A stretch of DNA of 64,000 nt from Amphiscolops sp. MND2022 (GCA_964187785.1 OZ076409.1:23128001-23192000), one strand, 5' to 3'. Shown: positions 11,999 through 24,700, numbered from the stretch's first letter. A program made the numbers and translations. Notes: a model not told the origin generated them from the letters alone.

Positions 11999-14900
11999 CT
12001 AATACTCTGTAGAACGGCTGGAGCTGCCCTCGTTACTGCTTTCTTCGAGTGAAAAAGCCCGCCTGCTGGCTTGTACAATTTCAGTCTCAAAGGTAGCCAG
12101 AGTGCGCTTCCCTTTCTTGTCCGGCTTCCCACCGGTCCTCCGTCCGTGATTGCCCCCTGACGTCCTACTGACTGCTTTGCGCTTCGGAGCTGACTCACTC
12201 GGACCTGCTGACGACACTACGACCTCGGATTGCAATTTCGGCGCTTGAGCTGCTGAACGCCTTGATTTGACAGGACTCCGACGGGGAGCAGTTGGACTCG
12301 ACTCCATTGTCCGCAACTGATTACAAACAGCAGACACATAATCGTCAATGACAGGGCGAGTAGGTAGTCCACCAGTCGTCTCCAGTACTGTGACACAGCG
12401 CCCAAGCGATTCATAAACCCCCCTCTTAACCAATTGGTCCCAAGGGATAGCTCTGCCTTCATCGGTTAACCGCGAAACCTGCATGTCTGTAGTGCCGCAG
12501 TGTCTAACAAATCCAATCATCGAGAGTCGAGAATGCCCGCCGAAACCACTCGACATCCAGCTTCGAATAATGTTCAAACTTGACAGCATGATATCGAGGG
12601 CTGTGTCTCCTACATCCTGAAAATCAGCAGCATACGAATCATGGAGCATTCCCACAAAAAGAATCTCCACAATGCCCCGGAATTCTTGGCACCGGTCCCA
12701 CGAAGGATATGACAGCCACAAAGACATGGCATCGTCAATAACTGGCACCACCGAAGCATTGGACTCCCATCGATGCTTGAAGTAGTTGACTACCTCGCGA
12801 TACTGCTGCAAGATGATGGCACCTTGATCTCCTCTGCATAGATCTCCAAAGCTGAGGACAGAAAGTGTACCCACAAGGATGTCTGTCAGCCGATCCATTG
12901 ACACCGACTGTATAGCATAAGGATCCAGCGGCAACAAGCTGAGGTGCCTAACCCACCCTTGGTCATAATCGCCAATGCACGACTCGCACACAGTCCTGAG
13001 GAAATTCTGCACTTCTTTATAAAAGAAAGGCTTCTGGCTGACCACGTCGAAGCGGAAGTACTGGCCGAACAGCACTTGAAATCGGGCCTTGTCAACAGGC
13101 TTACTCTCGCCCAATCGCAACTTCAACACGGCGAGGACTTCAAAATCAGGTGGTAGCGATGAGGGTTCGACGACCAGAGACAATAACTCCCGAAGGAAAG
13201 CAGCCAGCTCCCGCTCGAACCAGAAGTTCCGATCTCGCCCAGCAGAACACAAGCGAGGACACTTTGCAACAACTGAAACACACAGGCGAATCACAACCAA
13301 AATGTTGAAAAACTACACACCCTAGCAACTCAGACGTCGATAACACCCAAATCCACAATTACAACAAAACTAGTACCGACACACCCGTACACAAGTAACA
13401 CTCAAAACTCTTATACTGACCTGTCTCTGCCAGAAATTTCAAAACTGCAAATCGCGGCCTCGACAAAGCATCGTTGAAGACTTGAGTTTCCATACTGGCT
13501 ATACTCCGCGTTTCGGACACAGTATTTGACCGGTGAACACCGAAGTAGGCACCGAGGTCGTCCCATCGCTCCACAAGTTCGGTGCACAGTGCCGACAACT
13601 CCTGGAAGCGCGCAGCACCACCACGGACGAACTAAAACAAAATTAGCACCGAGTTAGAACGAAGCAGACCACGACCACACATTACCACACATACTCACAC
13701 CAGTCCCCGAAAAAAAAATGCGCTAACAAACTTAAAATCAATTACCTCTCGAAGCCTTGGCATATTGTCAAACGACGAACCACCGATGACGGCGGCTAAA
13801 CGGAACCGGAAATACTCCAACACGCAGAAGGGTTCCAGTCCACTCAACTCTCGCAGAAACGTGCGCCGCAGCAAATCCTTCAGCCAGTCCACATCGAGAC
13901 GACGGGTAACCAAAGGTATGGCTGGGTGCGCGATGCTAGCTAAAGCACGCCCAAGACGCAGATTCTCTCCCACACTCACAGCACACAGACCCGCATGAGA
14001 CTCCACACAGGCCAGAAAAGAGACAACGATCTTGAGTAGTGAGCGTTCCCACTCACCACCACCAGGAATAGCAGCTAGCACAACCATCTTGACTGTCAGA
14101 GCGTCAAAAATGTGGCAATTCACCCGCTTCAACGACCCATCAGTGCGGACGTGCAGACCAAACCGCGCCCCAGCAGAGAGTAGATCGCTCAGTTTCTCCA
14201 TGACAAATGGATACAGGCCGTATAACACAAGACTCTACAACAAACATACAACAGTGACACTTCTCAGCAAGTACTGCCAACGAAAACAGTAAGCAACTGC
14301 AAACACGAACTAGCAGACAAGAACCAACATTCACGAACAAAACATGTATTACCTGACATTTCGGGTATGATAGCACCCTCTCACTGAAAACCAGCTCGCC
14401 CCGCATGCTACTGGACCACACTTCCATGGACCGCACAACGCTCGAAAAGTCCCTCAGTTCAACAAAGTTATTGATGAAGCAGCATAGCCAGAGGTAAGAA
14501 CTGGACTCCGACTACTCGGGTTTCGAACCAGCTGCCTCCTCTTCTAATTCAACTGCAATCCGCTCTTCAACAGTCAGCTTCACCTCTGACTCCAGAATGA
14601 CAGGTGGCTCTGACACTCTGGCTGCCCGAATTCTCCGATCCTCGTCCAATGACACGGGCCTACAGGACTTGTCCAATAGAGGCCTATTAGACATGATGCG
14701 GAAGCGCTGCTCAAGACGAGTGTGCTCTCGCCCTTTCCAATGATCCCACAAGTTGTGTAGCCTACGTCCGGCAATGCTTAAATCAACGCGGCACAGTCGA
14801 CACCTTGCGAACCCGTCCACCACACGTTTGTTTCGGGGAAACCAACGAAGGTCCCCACGACCCCAGAAACGAAGAATGAGGGTTTCAACGTTTTGATAGC

Positions 14901-16160
14901 ACGTTTCCGTCCTGCTAACACACAACACAAATCACTTAGCACCACTGTCCAGCCAAAACCTTCCAAAAACAAAAAAAACGTGTTTGTCCTTAATCAGTAG
15001 TAGTACGTTACATACACCTCTTATTTCTTTGTTTACCACCTAAAACTAAAACCCCTCACGTGATCTTTTGAGAGTTCTTACCAGGCTTTGATGTGGAGGC
15101 AACAGCGGACGAAGTCCCCCAGAAGGAACGACGCTCTTTTCTCCAAACTCAGACGGCACATCAGATTCCACTGCCGCACGACGATCGTCCACACCAGAGA
15201 TGCTCCCAGCTACGGAGCGTGGTAGAGAAGAAGTCTCACCACCACGGGGAACGAGAGGAGCTTGACCCAGTTCTCGCAACGCTTCCTTCATTTTGTCCAG
15301 GAATTCCTCGACAGCCAGAGCACCCACTGTCCCTAGCCGGCCCAAACTAGACTCGATTGCAGCCTTCAACCACTGCTGAATTTCCCGTTCTACACGTTGA
15401 AACAATTCAGTGAACTGCCCCACAATGACATCAGCTCGAACGTTGGCATCTGCAAAGTAACCCTTAGTTCATAGCACCTACTTTGGACTCAACGACTGAA
15501 GGCATCTATCACCGCCTGGTTAGAGAACAGCAACCGTATACTGCATGCATTGGTATTGAACAACAAAAGAACCAAAAGACCCCCCAGCAGATAACTTAAC
15601 TTCACAGTAACCGTGAATTCACCTACCAAGTTGCGATGTCAGAAAGGCATCCAGTCGACGAAGGATGGGCGCCGCCTCCGTCTCAGAACCCTCAGCAGTT
15701 CCAGTGGCTATCGAAGCACGAAAGCGACGTAAATAACTGACCACGTCGGACATGTTGACATCAGCTACAAACACGAGAACACCCTATTTAAAATGCTACG
15801 CCTGACACTCCCTAACATTACGGGACTCAAACTTGAAAGTATGCAAACTTGAAGGAAAGACTTAACTCTCCCTTACGCTTTAGACATACCACTGATAGTA
15901 GTACAATATAGGAAGTGAGCACTTACCAAATTCCTGGGAGAGAACGACATCCAATAAATCGCTTAAACCAGCGATATTAGCAGAAGATACCCGAGCCGCA
16001 AACTGACAGCAGTAACTAGTCTCCAGCAATAATCCTGATAACTCCAGATCGCCTCCACTTCCACCTAGCTGAGCCCCTCTCCGGCCATCTGATTCTCCAC
16101 TTCAGCGACTAACTCAGCTAATCCGGGACCAAAGGACTGACCTGCCTCATCATCAGACAT
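11999..16160 (-). CDS. Antisense 7-exon cargo gene in Gypsy 1: zinc-finger protein derived from a hAT-type transposase (this copy has lesions)
   Basis: Predicted exons 16160-15927, 15764-15627, 15449-15060, 14911-14353, 14234-13746, 13631-13421, 13272-11999, all GT-AG with compatible phases. Zn finger at 14802-14722. Stop at 14512 and probable frameshifts near 16075 and 14830. Confidence 0.78.
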
Positions 16161-16962
16161 ATTGGATAACGCTGGGAGAAAAGGAAATAACTGAAACTCT
16201 CCGGGGAAATAATAATCGGCGACGAAGACACGACTGCAAAAGCTCATTCTTCCATTTATTGTTGTTATAGACTGATCACCTATTCCAATATACAATGGAT
16301 ACCTGATCTCCTCATCAAACAGTTTTACTCTAGTAAAACTGGACATTCAAGGAACCATATTTTTGGACCTACTTCCACCAGACATCAAATGCTAATTACA
16401 AGAAGCAGAAAGAAAGCAGTCGTATTTCCCGGCCAAAAAAGACTAATTCCCCGAACAATCTTATCAGTACAAGCGATACCCGAAAAACACAGGACTAACA
16501 GTGCAAAAAACAAAACATGGACATATTTTCATCATTGTGGAAGAATGAGCTAAAGGTTGACAAACGGAGGTGAATACTCTCAAATTAAAGCGGGATCAAA
16601 TTTCAATTCAAACAGTAATTGACTCGACTGACTTTCACTATGGCAACACAACAAATCAATCAACTGCCGATGATCGATGAAAAGTTGCTTAAACAAACAT
16701 CACACTCAATGCGCACTACACGGATGACGTGGCTGTCAAACCGTTTCTATAAATAGACTTCAACTTCCGACTACCTACTATTTGCCTGCCTCACCTTGTC
16801 CATTCACGCTTCCGAATGTTTCCGGAAGCTACATTGCCACCCACGCGTTTCTCTATACCTTGCAGGCCACTTCAGCCGCTGTTCAATACTCCACTCAGAT
16901 ATCTGCTACCTCTCAACTCGACCGTTCACCTTACCCATTACCCCTACAGCCTGCTCTCTCTC

Positions 16963-16976
16963 AAAAAGGGGGGGAA
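16963..16976 (+). promoter_or_regulatory. Polypurine tract
   Basis: AAAAAGGGGGGGAA immediately precedes the TG start of the 3' LTR. Confidence 0.9.
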
Positions 16977-18058
16977 TGTCATGCCCGCCAAGCGTGAAGG
17001 AATTAAACGAACTCTAAAACATTAATTTATACATCAAACTCCCTAAAATACAGATCATCATGAAAATACATTGCAGTAATTTATTCCCCGAACAATACAG
17101 TTGAGAGTATAACGACTGGAACTAACAGTCATCAATACTAAATTCATTCATATTATTGTGCATCGTTTAGAAACCAAGACTGAAACAATCAGTCATCAGC
17201 TATCGTGATAGTTTGTGATTTAATCATTCTTCATCCATTTTTTATATTACATGTAAAGTATTACCAGAATATTCAATCATTCATAACAACTACATTTCGT
17301 TCATTCATATTAGCAATTTATACAATGCCTTTTAATAATTATCCTCCAAACGATAATTGAATCAGTCACCATGATGATAAGAACACGCGGTAGTAAAGCC
17401 TCAGTTTAAGAGGCAATTGAGACAATTGCGTGCTAAAATGACTGGTGCTTGCGGTCATACTGGATCAAACATGAATAATTAAACGCCGATTATCACCCGT
17501 CACGACTGTAGCCACCAGTCGTCAAGTGCAATTAAACAGCAATTAGTAAATCGAATGTCATTGGCTAAAAGGAAAGGTGCTAACACACCTTTATAGTTAC
17601 ACAATCGGGTAAAACCGAACTCACTCACAAGTTGTAACCATTGATATAACCAGTTGCCTACTACCTTGCTTACGAGTTGTCAATCCTTATTTTAACATTA
17701 AAACATTCCAATTCAACTTAAACTTCCAGACTTTTCATGGTAATTACCAGATCTCAAAGTAGTCAAAATAGACAAGTAGAAACTGAAAATATGGATAGAT
17801 CAAGCGATAACGAAAGTGTAGCCAGTTCCCCTGAACTTTTATCCAGAGACCAAATGGTAGACCTTGACTCTGACGACGTTTTAACTAGACGTCAAAACAG
17901 TAACAGTTATAACATTGACCAGCGATTTAATGAGATAAATAGACAAATCGGAGACCTTATCAATATAGTCCTTACACTGACCAATCAGTTTGCCTCCGTT
18001 AATGGAGAAGGGAACAGACTGAATCCAGCAACTACAAGTACTGACGGTCGTTCCGACA
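16977..18058 (+). repeat. 3' LTR of Gypsy 1 (1082 bp, TGTC...GACA)
   Basis: Follows the PPT, has TG...CA termini, is followed by TSD TGCAC, and contains a copy of the gag N-terminus (ORF 17737). Confidence 0.96.
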
Positions 18059-18388
18059 TGCACCAATTGAGCCTTAGATACAGATCCGACTCTAGACGTT
18101 CACGTCTTGTTTGAAAACCGCCGACTAATAACAAGAAATGGTCCAAGTCGGCGCCCTGTTAAAAACAGGAAGAGCAAATTTGTTACATGTTCAGGGATAG
18201 TCAAGAAAGCGTACGTTCGCACCGGAGGCCTTCACGGAGCAGGAGTGTTTTTTTCCGTTTTTTTCTCTCAGATGACACAAATCGTAAGTAATCTGGTGCG
18301 ATGTATGGCATCAAGTAAGGGGGAGGGGATGGCAAACACCCGTAGTCTGCAAAAAAAACAAACGATAGGCGCACTACTATTTCTCATG

Positions 18389-18738
18389 AGGTGGGCGGAA
18401 ATAGGTCGAAGGAATGGGATCGAAAATCAGAGTTAGTCATCAGGTCGACAATACCAAATTTTTGAATGGGATCGAAACAACTCGGATCGAAATTTTTATA
18501 ACGTAGTCAGATATGTTCACATACCCCTAGTGCCCTGAATGCAGGAGCGAAGCGAAGCGGAGCGACGTGCCATATGGCCATGCCTCAATGTTGCTACTTC
18601 GCGAAGGGAGCGAAGCCACCGAGCCATACAACAAATACGATAAAATTCGACCGCATTCCATTCGATCCCTGTAATTCGATCAAAAGGTTCGACCTCAGTC
18701 CTTTCGACCAGAAAAATTCGACCTATTTACAGCCACCC
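18389..18738 (+). mobile_element. Complete 350-bp MITE family A with 9-bp TSD (Mutator-like)
   Basis: Imperfect TIRs (A/G)GGTGGGCGGAAATAGGTCGAA and TTCGACCTATTTACAGCCACCC. TSD TTTCTCATG at 18380-18388 and 18739-18747. Confidence 0.9.
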
Positions 18739-18756
18739 TTTCTCATGCCAGCCACT

Positions 18757-19498
18757 GGGTGGGCGGAAATAGGTCGAAGGAACGGGTTCGAAAATCAGAG
18801 TTAGTCTTCAGGTCGACATACCAAGTTTTTGAATGGGATCGAAACAACTCGGATCGAAATTTTTATAACGTAGTCAGATATGTTCACATACCCCTAGTGC
18901 CCTGAATGAATTCCGGACGTTTCGGCAAAAAAATATGCCGAAACGTCTCAGGCTAAAAAATTTGCCGAAACGTCTCGCATGATATATGCGATGTATGCAC
19001 GCTCGCCCTCACCGTCGCAAAGACCAGCTCCCACTACGATCGCTTCGCGATCTCCGTTCCCGCTAGGTCTTTGCTCCTGTTCGACCTCGCTTAGCAAGAT
19101 GGGCATATAGGCGGCCCCAAGGGGCCCCGGGGCACTAGAGGAAATGGGGACATATCCGAGAGGGGAACAGGACGTTTCGGCAAAAGACGTTTCGGCAAAA
19201 ACATGGCGGCGGACGTTTCGGCAAAAAAATTTGCCGAAACGTCTCGGATTTCTTTTTTTGCCGAAACGTCTTTGCCGAAACGTCCTGTTCCCCCCTGAAT
19301 GCAGGAGCGAAGCGGAGCGGAGCGACGTGCCATATGGCCATGCCTCAATGTTGCTACTTGGCGAAGGGAGCGAAGCGATCGAGCCATACAACAAATACGA
19401 TAAAATTCGACCGCATTCCATTCGATCCCTGCAATTCGATCAAAAGGTTCGACCTCTGTCCTTTCGACCAGAAAAAATCGACCTATTTACAGCCACCC
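18757..19498 (+). mobile_element. MITE family A copy interrupted by a nested element
   Basis: Both TIRs are present and the copy is split at 18908/19293. Its outer flanks (ccagccact and tgattaaat) do not form a TSD. Confidence 0.88.
18909..19292. mobile_element. Nested foldback-type MITE with GACGTTTCGGCAAA repeats and core B
   Basis: 9-bp TSD CCCTGAATG at 18900-18908 and 19293-19301. Palindromic array at 19162-19292. Confidence 0.85.
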
Positions 19499-19748
19499 TG
19501 ATTAAATCACAAACTATCACGATAGCTGATGACTGATTGTTTCAGTCTTGGTTTCTAAACGATGCACAATAATATGAATGAATTTAGTATTGATGACTGT
19601 TAGTTCCAGTCGTTATACTCTCAACTGTATTGTTCGAGGAATAAATTACTGCAATGTATTTTCATGATGATCTGTATTTTAGGGAGTTTGATGTATAAAT
19701 TAATGTTTTAGAGTTCGTTTAATTCCTTCATGCTTGGCGGGCATGACA
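19499..19748 (-). repeat. Displaced, inverted 5' end (250 bp) of the 5' LTR of Gypsy 1
   Basis: Reverse complement of 16977-17226. The outer flank GTGCA (19749-19753) is the reverse complement of TSD TGCAC at 18059-18063. Confidence 0.93.
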
Positions 19749-20877
19749 GTGCAGTTTTTGAAATATGCGCAGGACGTGTTCATGAAACACTCTTGTTTTC
19801 GAACCTCCACCTCCTTTTTAATAAAACGCCATATAGCTCGGATAGTATTCAAAAAATTATATTGAATAAATATTGACAAAATTTAATATCACCCAAAAAT
19901 GAGAATTTTGAAACAAGTCTCGAAGTGCCGCTTAAATTGAAAGTTAGTTCATCGAAAGGAATAAATTTTGGTGGTTTCTGTAAAAAGTGGACCTTTCAGT
20001 GTGACGTCTGTGGTCTGGAGTAAAAAAAGGTCACTGTGAGAGTCTGGCAATTTTTGCTTCACAAAAAGCACTGACTATAAATTGCCCAATTTTTACAGTG
20101 GGTAGTTTTTGAAGACACGTAATGTCCATTTTTTGTTCAACTTCAACTACGGATTTCTCAAACATATTCGAAACGTCGGAACCTTGTCCAAAATTGAACC
20201 GACGTCCAGAACCTCGGAAACATACTAAGAATCCCTACTTTGGCTATCTTGGTTTTTTAACTAAGATTTTTTCGGCACAATAAAACCTTCTTTTCGACTT
20301 TTTCTCTCGTTATTTTTCAACAGAATTGATGGTAAAAAATTCCAAATGGTTCCGCCTTTCACATTTTTCGGCACTATCAAAATGTTCAAAATTCTCACTA
20401 AGAATATGTGAGAATATAATGTTTTATCTGATATAGTGTTTTCTCAAGAAATATCTACCGATAATTTTCAATACTATCCGGATTTTGAATGTCGAGGTTC
20501 GAAAATTTTGCGGTATATCCAAATTTTTGACGTTATATCCGAACTATGTTGCGTTTTGCTAAGGAGGAGGCGGAGGTTCGAAAACAAGCGCTCCCATGTG
20601 TCCCAGCACGCTGTATCCGAACTTTGAATGTTATATCCGAAGTATTTTGCGTTTTACTGAGGAGGAGCCGTAAGATAAGAAAAAAAGCGCTCGTATTTTT
20701 GTCTCAGCACGCTGTTTCCGAACTTCTGAAGTGTTTTCTGAGCACTAAAGGCTTTGTGTGTTTCAAAAAAACTTGAATGAATTTTTCATTGAAAAAACGT
20801 CCTGAGTATATATTTTAAAAGTTTGCGCTTTTTGAGCCTTAGGTATAGCGCCGACTTGAAACGTTCCCGTCTTGTTC
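19749..20877. repeat. Interspersed repeat family D (terminus ...GCGCCGACTTG..CGTTC.CG.CTTGTT)
   Basis: Similar termini occur at 18064-18111, 18130, 46060, 47208 and 53401. Internal gttatatccgaa repeats. Reading from the TSD leftward on the minus strand gives the inverted counterpart of 20780-20830. Confidence 0.6.
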
Positions 20878-21035
20878 AGTCTTCTTGTTACATAAATATG
20901 CTTATCCTTGTTCTTTCCAGGAAAACGTCCAAAATTCAATGTATTGAGATATGAAGTGAGCATGACACGAATCAGACTTCCCTCTTTAATTAATCTCACC
21001 TAAATCTTTCATGAACGTTGTTTTAAAACTATAAT

Positions 21036-21391
21036 AGTAGTTAAGATTTCCGCCGGCCTTTCAACGGGGGGGGGGGTCCTCGGTTTTCACGGGGTGGGTC
21101 CTTGCTCTGAAATTTTAGGACCTATCCCTAAAAGGAAGGGGTCCTTCCAAATTGGTGTTCGGAAATACTTCGGCTTTTGACTACGAAAGTAAATTATTGG
21201 TCGGATTCTTTTTGTATTCGTTTTTTGGATTCTTTTTGTATTCGTTTTTGGAATCGGATTTTTGCGAAAGTACATGTAAAAGCGTAGACACTCTTGTTTA
21301 TTCTTTGAATGTCTGAAAGTTTGGAAAGTACTAACCTTGAAATTTTGTTGTAATTGAATTGTAAAGCTGGATTGACTAATACTGGTACAAC
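21036..21391 (+). repeat. Left TIR of Polinton (~356 bp)
   Basis: Near-perfect reverse complement of 37766-38122. Confidence 0.95.
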
Positions 21392-21711
21392 TTTCTTGTA
21401 AATAAAGGGAGTGGTATTTCCAACTTTCTTATCTGTATGAACACTTAATATTATTAGGAATAGTAATATGCGTTCCTCCAAATGTAGTGGTAGCGGTGTT
21501 CTTATTTCTACCTGTAAAATATCTTAACGTCACAACAAATTCGTTTTGAATCTACATGTTGTTGCTAACCCCTGACCTACCCAAGTTAAATTTAATATAA
21601 CTGTAAACCACCATTCTTCGTTTCAACTCTTGTTTGAAAACAAAATGAATTTCACAAATTCAAGCTTTATTATGCTGTTAACGTTATACAAAGAAAAATT
21701 AGTGAATGATA

Positions 21712-24700
21712 TTACTGTAATTCATTATCAATATAAAATTTGACTTTTTTCTGAGGAGGGGGACCACGGGTGGGAACTTCCACTGCTTCACAGTCTAAAA
21801 ATACATTTGGTTGGGTATTGGGTAAGTCTTCTTCGAAATCAGACAACTCTGTTAGGTCAATAACGTCTGGTAATTCACTTTCTTCTATTGCATCTTGATT
21901 AAGTCCAGGGTCGGGTGGGGAAAATAAAGCTGGTTGGTTGGAGTTTGACTGTATCGGTGACTGAATAAAGTCCTCCTCCTCGTCCCCCCAATCGCAATCC
22001 GCTCCAATTTCTCTGAATATTACGTCGTCTCGCAAAGAATAATGTCCAAAAGGTAAGGTATCAACGCCGTTTCGCATTATATATCTTTTATCGTCAAAAC
22101 AGCTTAGAGAAATTTTTGTCGTCTGCAAGGTAAACAGATTATGTCTTTCACTATTTATTGTGTAGTTTAATGTTCTAAGTAGTGTTTCTTTTTCGAGAAT
22201 TCGATAAAATACAGAGTGTTGTAGGTTCTTTTGTGCATGTTTGGTGGTTCCTTTTGCAGGAATTTTTTGTTGATCACCCATCGCGATTGAATACAATTTT
22301 GATTTTAGTGCAACAATGCTGTGTATGATTTTACCACCAACTTCGTCTTTGAATTTCAAAGTTTCCAACTTTTGATGTTTGGAATATAGTTGATTATCTT
22401 CTTTATAGTTTGAAAAGTCAAACTCTGGGTGCACTTGTTCGTTTTCTTTGAGGTCAGCGTATATGTCTTCCGATTCGATTTCATAAATTAGGGAATCTGT
22501 ATCGGAGTAGAGCACTAATGTTCGGAAGTTTGGTTTCATGTACATGTAATGAAACCAGTACATATGTCGTTTAGATAAATCCAAGATGGTAGCGCCGACT
22601 ATCGTTGGCTTGTCCCAGTAAATTTTGCGCTGTGCAAACGTTATGGCAGCCAACTGGTTGTTGAAAATCTTGAACGTTTTCATCCACATTTTGCTTGTTT
22701 GCTTTTGCAACTCATCTTGCGTGCGGACAATCTCAATGGACAATCGTTTTCTTTTACTTTCCATGGTTTTACCAAAAGCAGAGTTGCTCATTAGTTTGAA
22801 AAAGTTTTCTTCAAACTTGTTTGTAGACGCTTTTCGTTTCATTGTGTTTAACTGTATATATGGCTGAAGCCATTTTGACTGTTCAAATTGCAACACTCTA
22901 TGTACTTTGGTAACTTGTAACCCCAGTTCACAGTATAATTTCAATGTCATGTAATGTATAGTATAATTGGTTTTGTCGTAGAGTGTTTGGATCAACTTTT
23001 TGTTTTTTGTTGAAAAGGTCTTTGTTCCACTCATTTCCAGCAATCGTGTTTGATATTCACCGAGCCAAAAAAAATTAATTGTTTCCTTCGTAGGAGCCAA
23101 AGGGAAATCAGTGTGTAAATCGTGCAAATGATCAGGATAATGCAAGTCAACTTCCAATACATATCCAACTGGTGAGTCATTTGGAGTATTTAGTATTTCT
23201 TGTAGGTCAACTTCGCCTTCTCTTTTCAATACAAAGTTTTTTAAAGGCAAGGGGAACTTTTCCATGATTCCTCCATACAAGTTGTTTGCATCAATAAACA
23301 ACCCAAATGTTTGCTTCTGTGAAGAGTTGTATGTTGGTAGATATTTGTTATTTGCTTCAAATTTGCGTTTTGCAAACACGGAAGAAATTCCTACGCGGAT
23401 TAGGTTTTCAGCAACTTCAAGGTGTTCTCGATTAGTTAGTAATTCGATATCTGCGTTGCACACTTTAAGGAAGGCTTCACCGGACAAATTTGACGCAGTA
23501 TAAAAATGAGCACAATCCAGTCCGTAAGTTGCATAACACACTTTTCTAAACTCTTCGAATACCGAGGCCAAAATCAAAACATCGGTGTGTAAATATAAAT
23601 CGTGATAGTGACCTAGTGTTTTGCAATCAAACTCTTGGTATACAAGACTAGCATGTTGTAAATCCTGATCACTAATTGTGACTTCACCCCCTGCGAGAGT
23701 GTTTTTCCAAAACTCTTTTGGGGGAAGCTTTTCCTCGGCAAATTTATCGAAACTGTCCATGTATGAATAGGGATAAACACCTTTCCTTTTCAGCAAGTCA
23801 ATTTGCGACGGTGTTTTGTATGTATTGAATTGACTCTCCAGATAAATGAATTTATCCTGTGGTAAGAAACCCGCCAGTTTATCTAGTGACTGGGGCATGA
23901 ACTTGAAAGAGTCCAAGAATCGCATGTCTTCATATACATTTTTTGTCATTCCATTCTTGTCAGTATATGAGTTTACCCACACAGAAAATGTGAAGGAAAT
24001 GTACTTTTCGTCAGTTGTAGGAATAACTGAAAACTTGTTCTTTGGATTACAATTGTTGATTGCCGAACAAATGTGGTGTATATCATATCCAGCCATGTTG
24101 TGTGCTATCACGGGGGTGAAGTTTATTGACTTCCTTTGTAGATTACATTCTGAATGTGCCCACCCTAGGAATGTACCACTGTAATGACAATGGTCCAACA
24201 CTTTCTGCTCGTCATTCGTGAAAGGTTTTTTACAAATCCAACAATCATTTACAGTGTCTTTGTGCGTCGAAGGCTTGCCCTTGTAAATTCGGTGACTTTG
24301 TTTTCTATGATAAATGTCTGTTGCCAATTTTTCCAATTCTTTTATTAAATCGTCCAAGCAATCGGGACCTCGCATGATTCTGTAAGACAAAACTTTATCA
24401 TTTCCATGTTCTACAATTACAAAAGCATAACCACAAGGCACATGTTTTTCCAACTTTACTTGACTGCTAATACTGGGTGAAGGAGCGCATGTAGATAAAG
24501 GCACTAGGAGCGCTTCAGTATCAAGGTAAATAACCAGTGGAACAAACCAAACTGCTCTTGTATTTTTGAATTGATGTATGTTTTTATGCTCATCGGGTAA
24601 AATGATCGCCGCGGCCTCGTTTTCGTAACAGTTGAGCTTGTGTATTTCGAAACTCCCGGTTGAACTACAAATATGAAAACAGTTTCTGCAAATTTCATCC

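Larger units (their letters stand above)
3501..18058 (+). mobile_element. Ty3/Gypsy LTR retrotransposon 1 (gag-pol degenerate, carries an antisense cargo gene)
   Basis: Direct LTRs, PBS, PPT, gag with two zinc knuckles, and pol in the order PR-RT-RNaseH-IN. Confidence 0.97.

Noticed and set aside
11999..13300. env gene in the position 3' of pol
   Set aside because: The ORF is antisense and spliced, with no evident signal peptide, furin site/fusion peptide or C-terminal TM anchor.
18948..19536. ORFs of 98-157 aa in the MITE cluster
   Set aside because: They span nested non-coding MITE sequence and palindromic arrays.
19524..19560. Hammerhead ribozyme (CTGATGA followed by a hairpin) in the inverted LTR fragment
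   Set aside because: No GAAA follows stem II and no closing stems were found.
20763..20999. Possible exon of a minus-strand host gene divergent from eIF3a
   Set aside because: Half of the ORF runs into repeat family D, and there is no recognisable homology or partner exon.
21087..21481. ORFs 21087-21275 and 21194-21481 and their mirrors at 37718-38070
   Set aside because: They lie in the TIRs, are low complexity from a 21-bp internal duplication, and show no protein motif.
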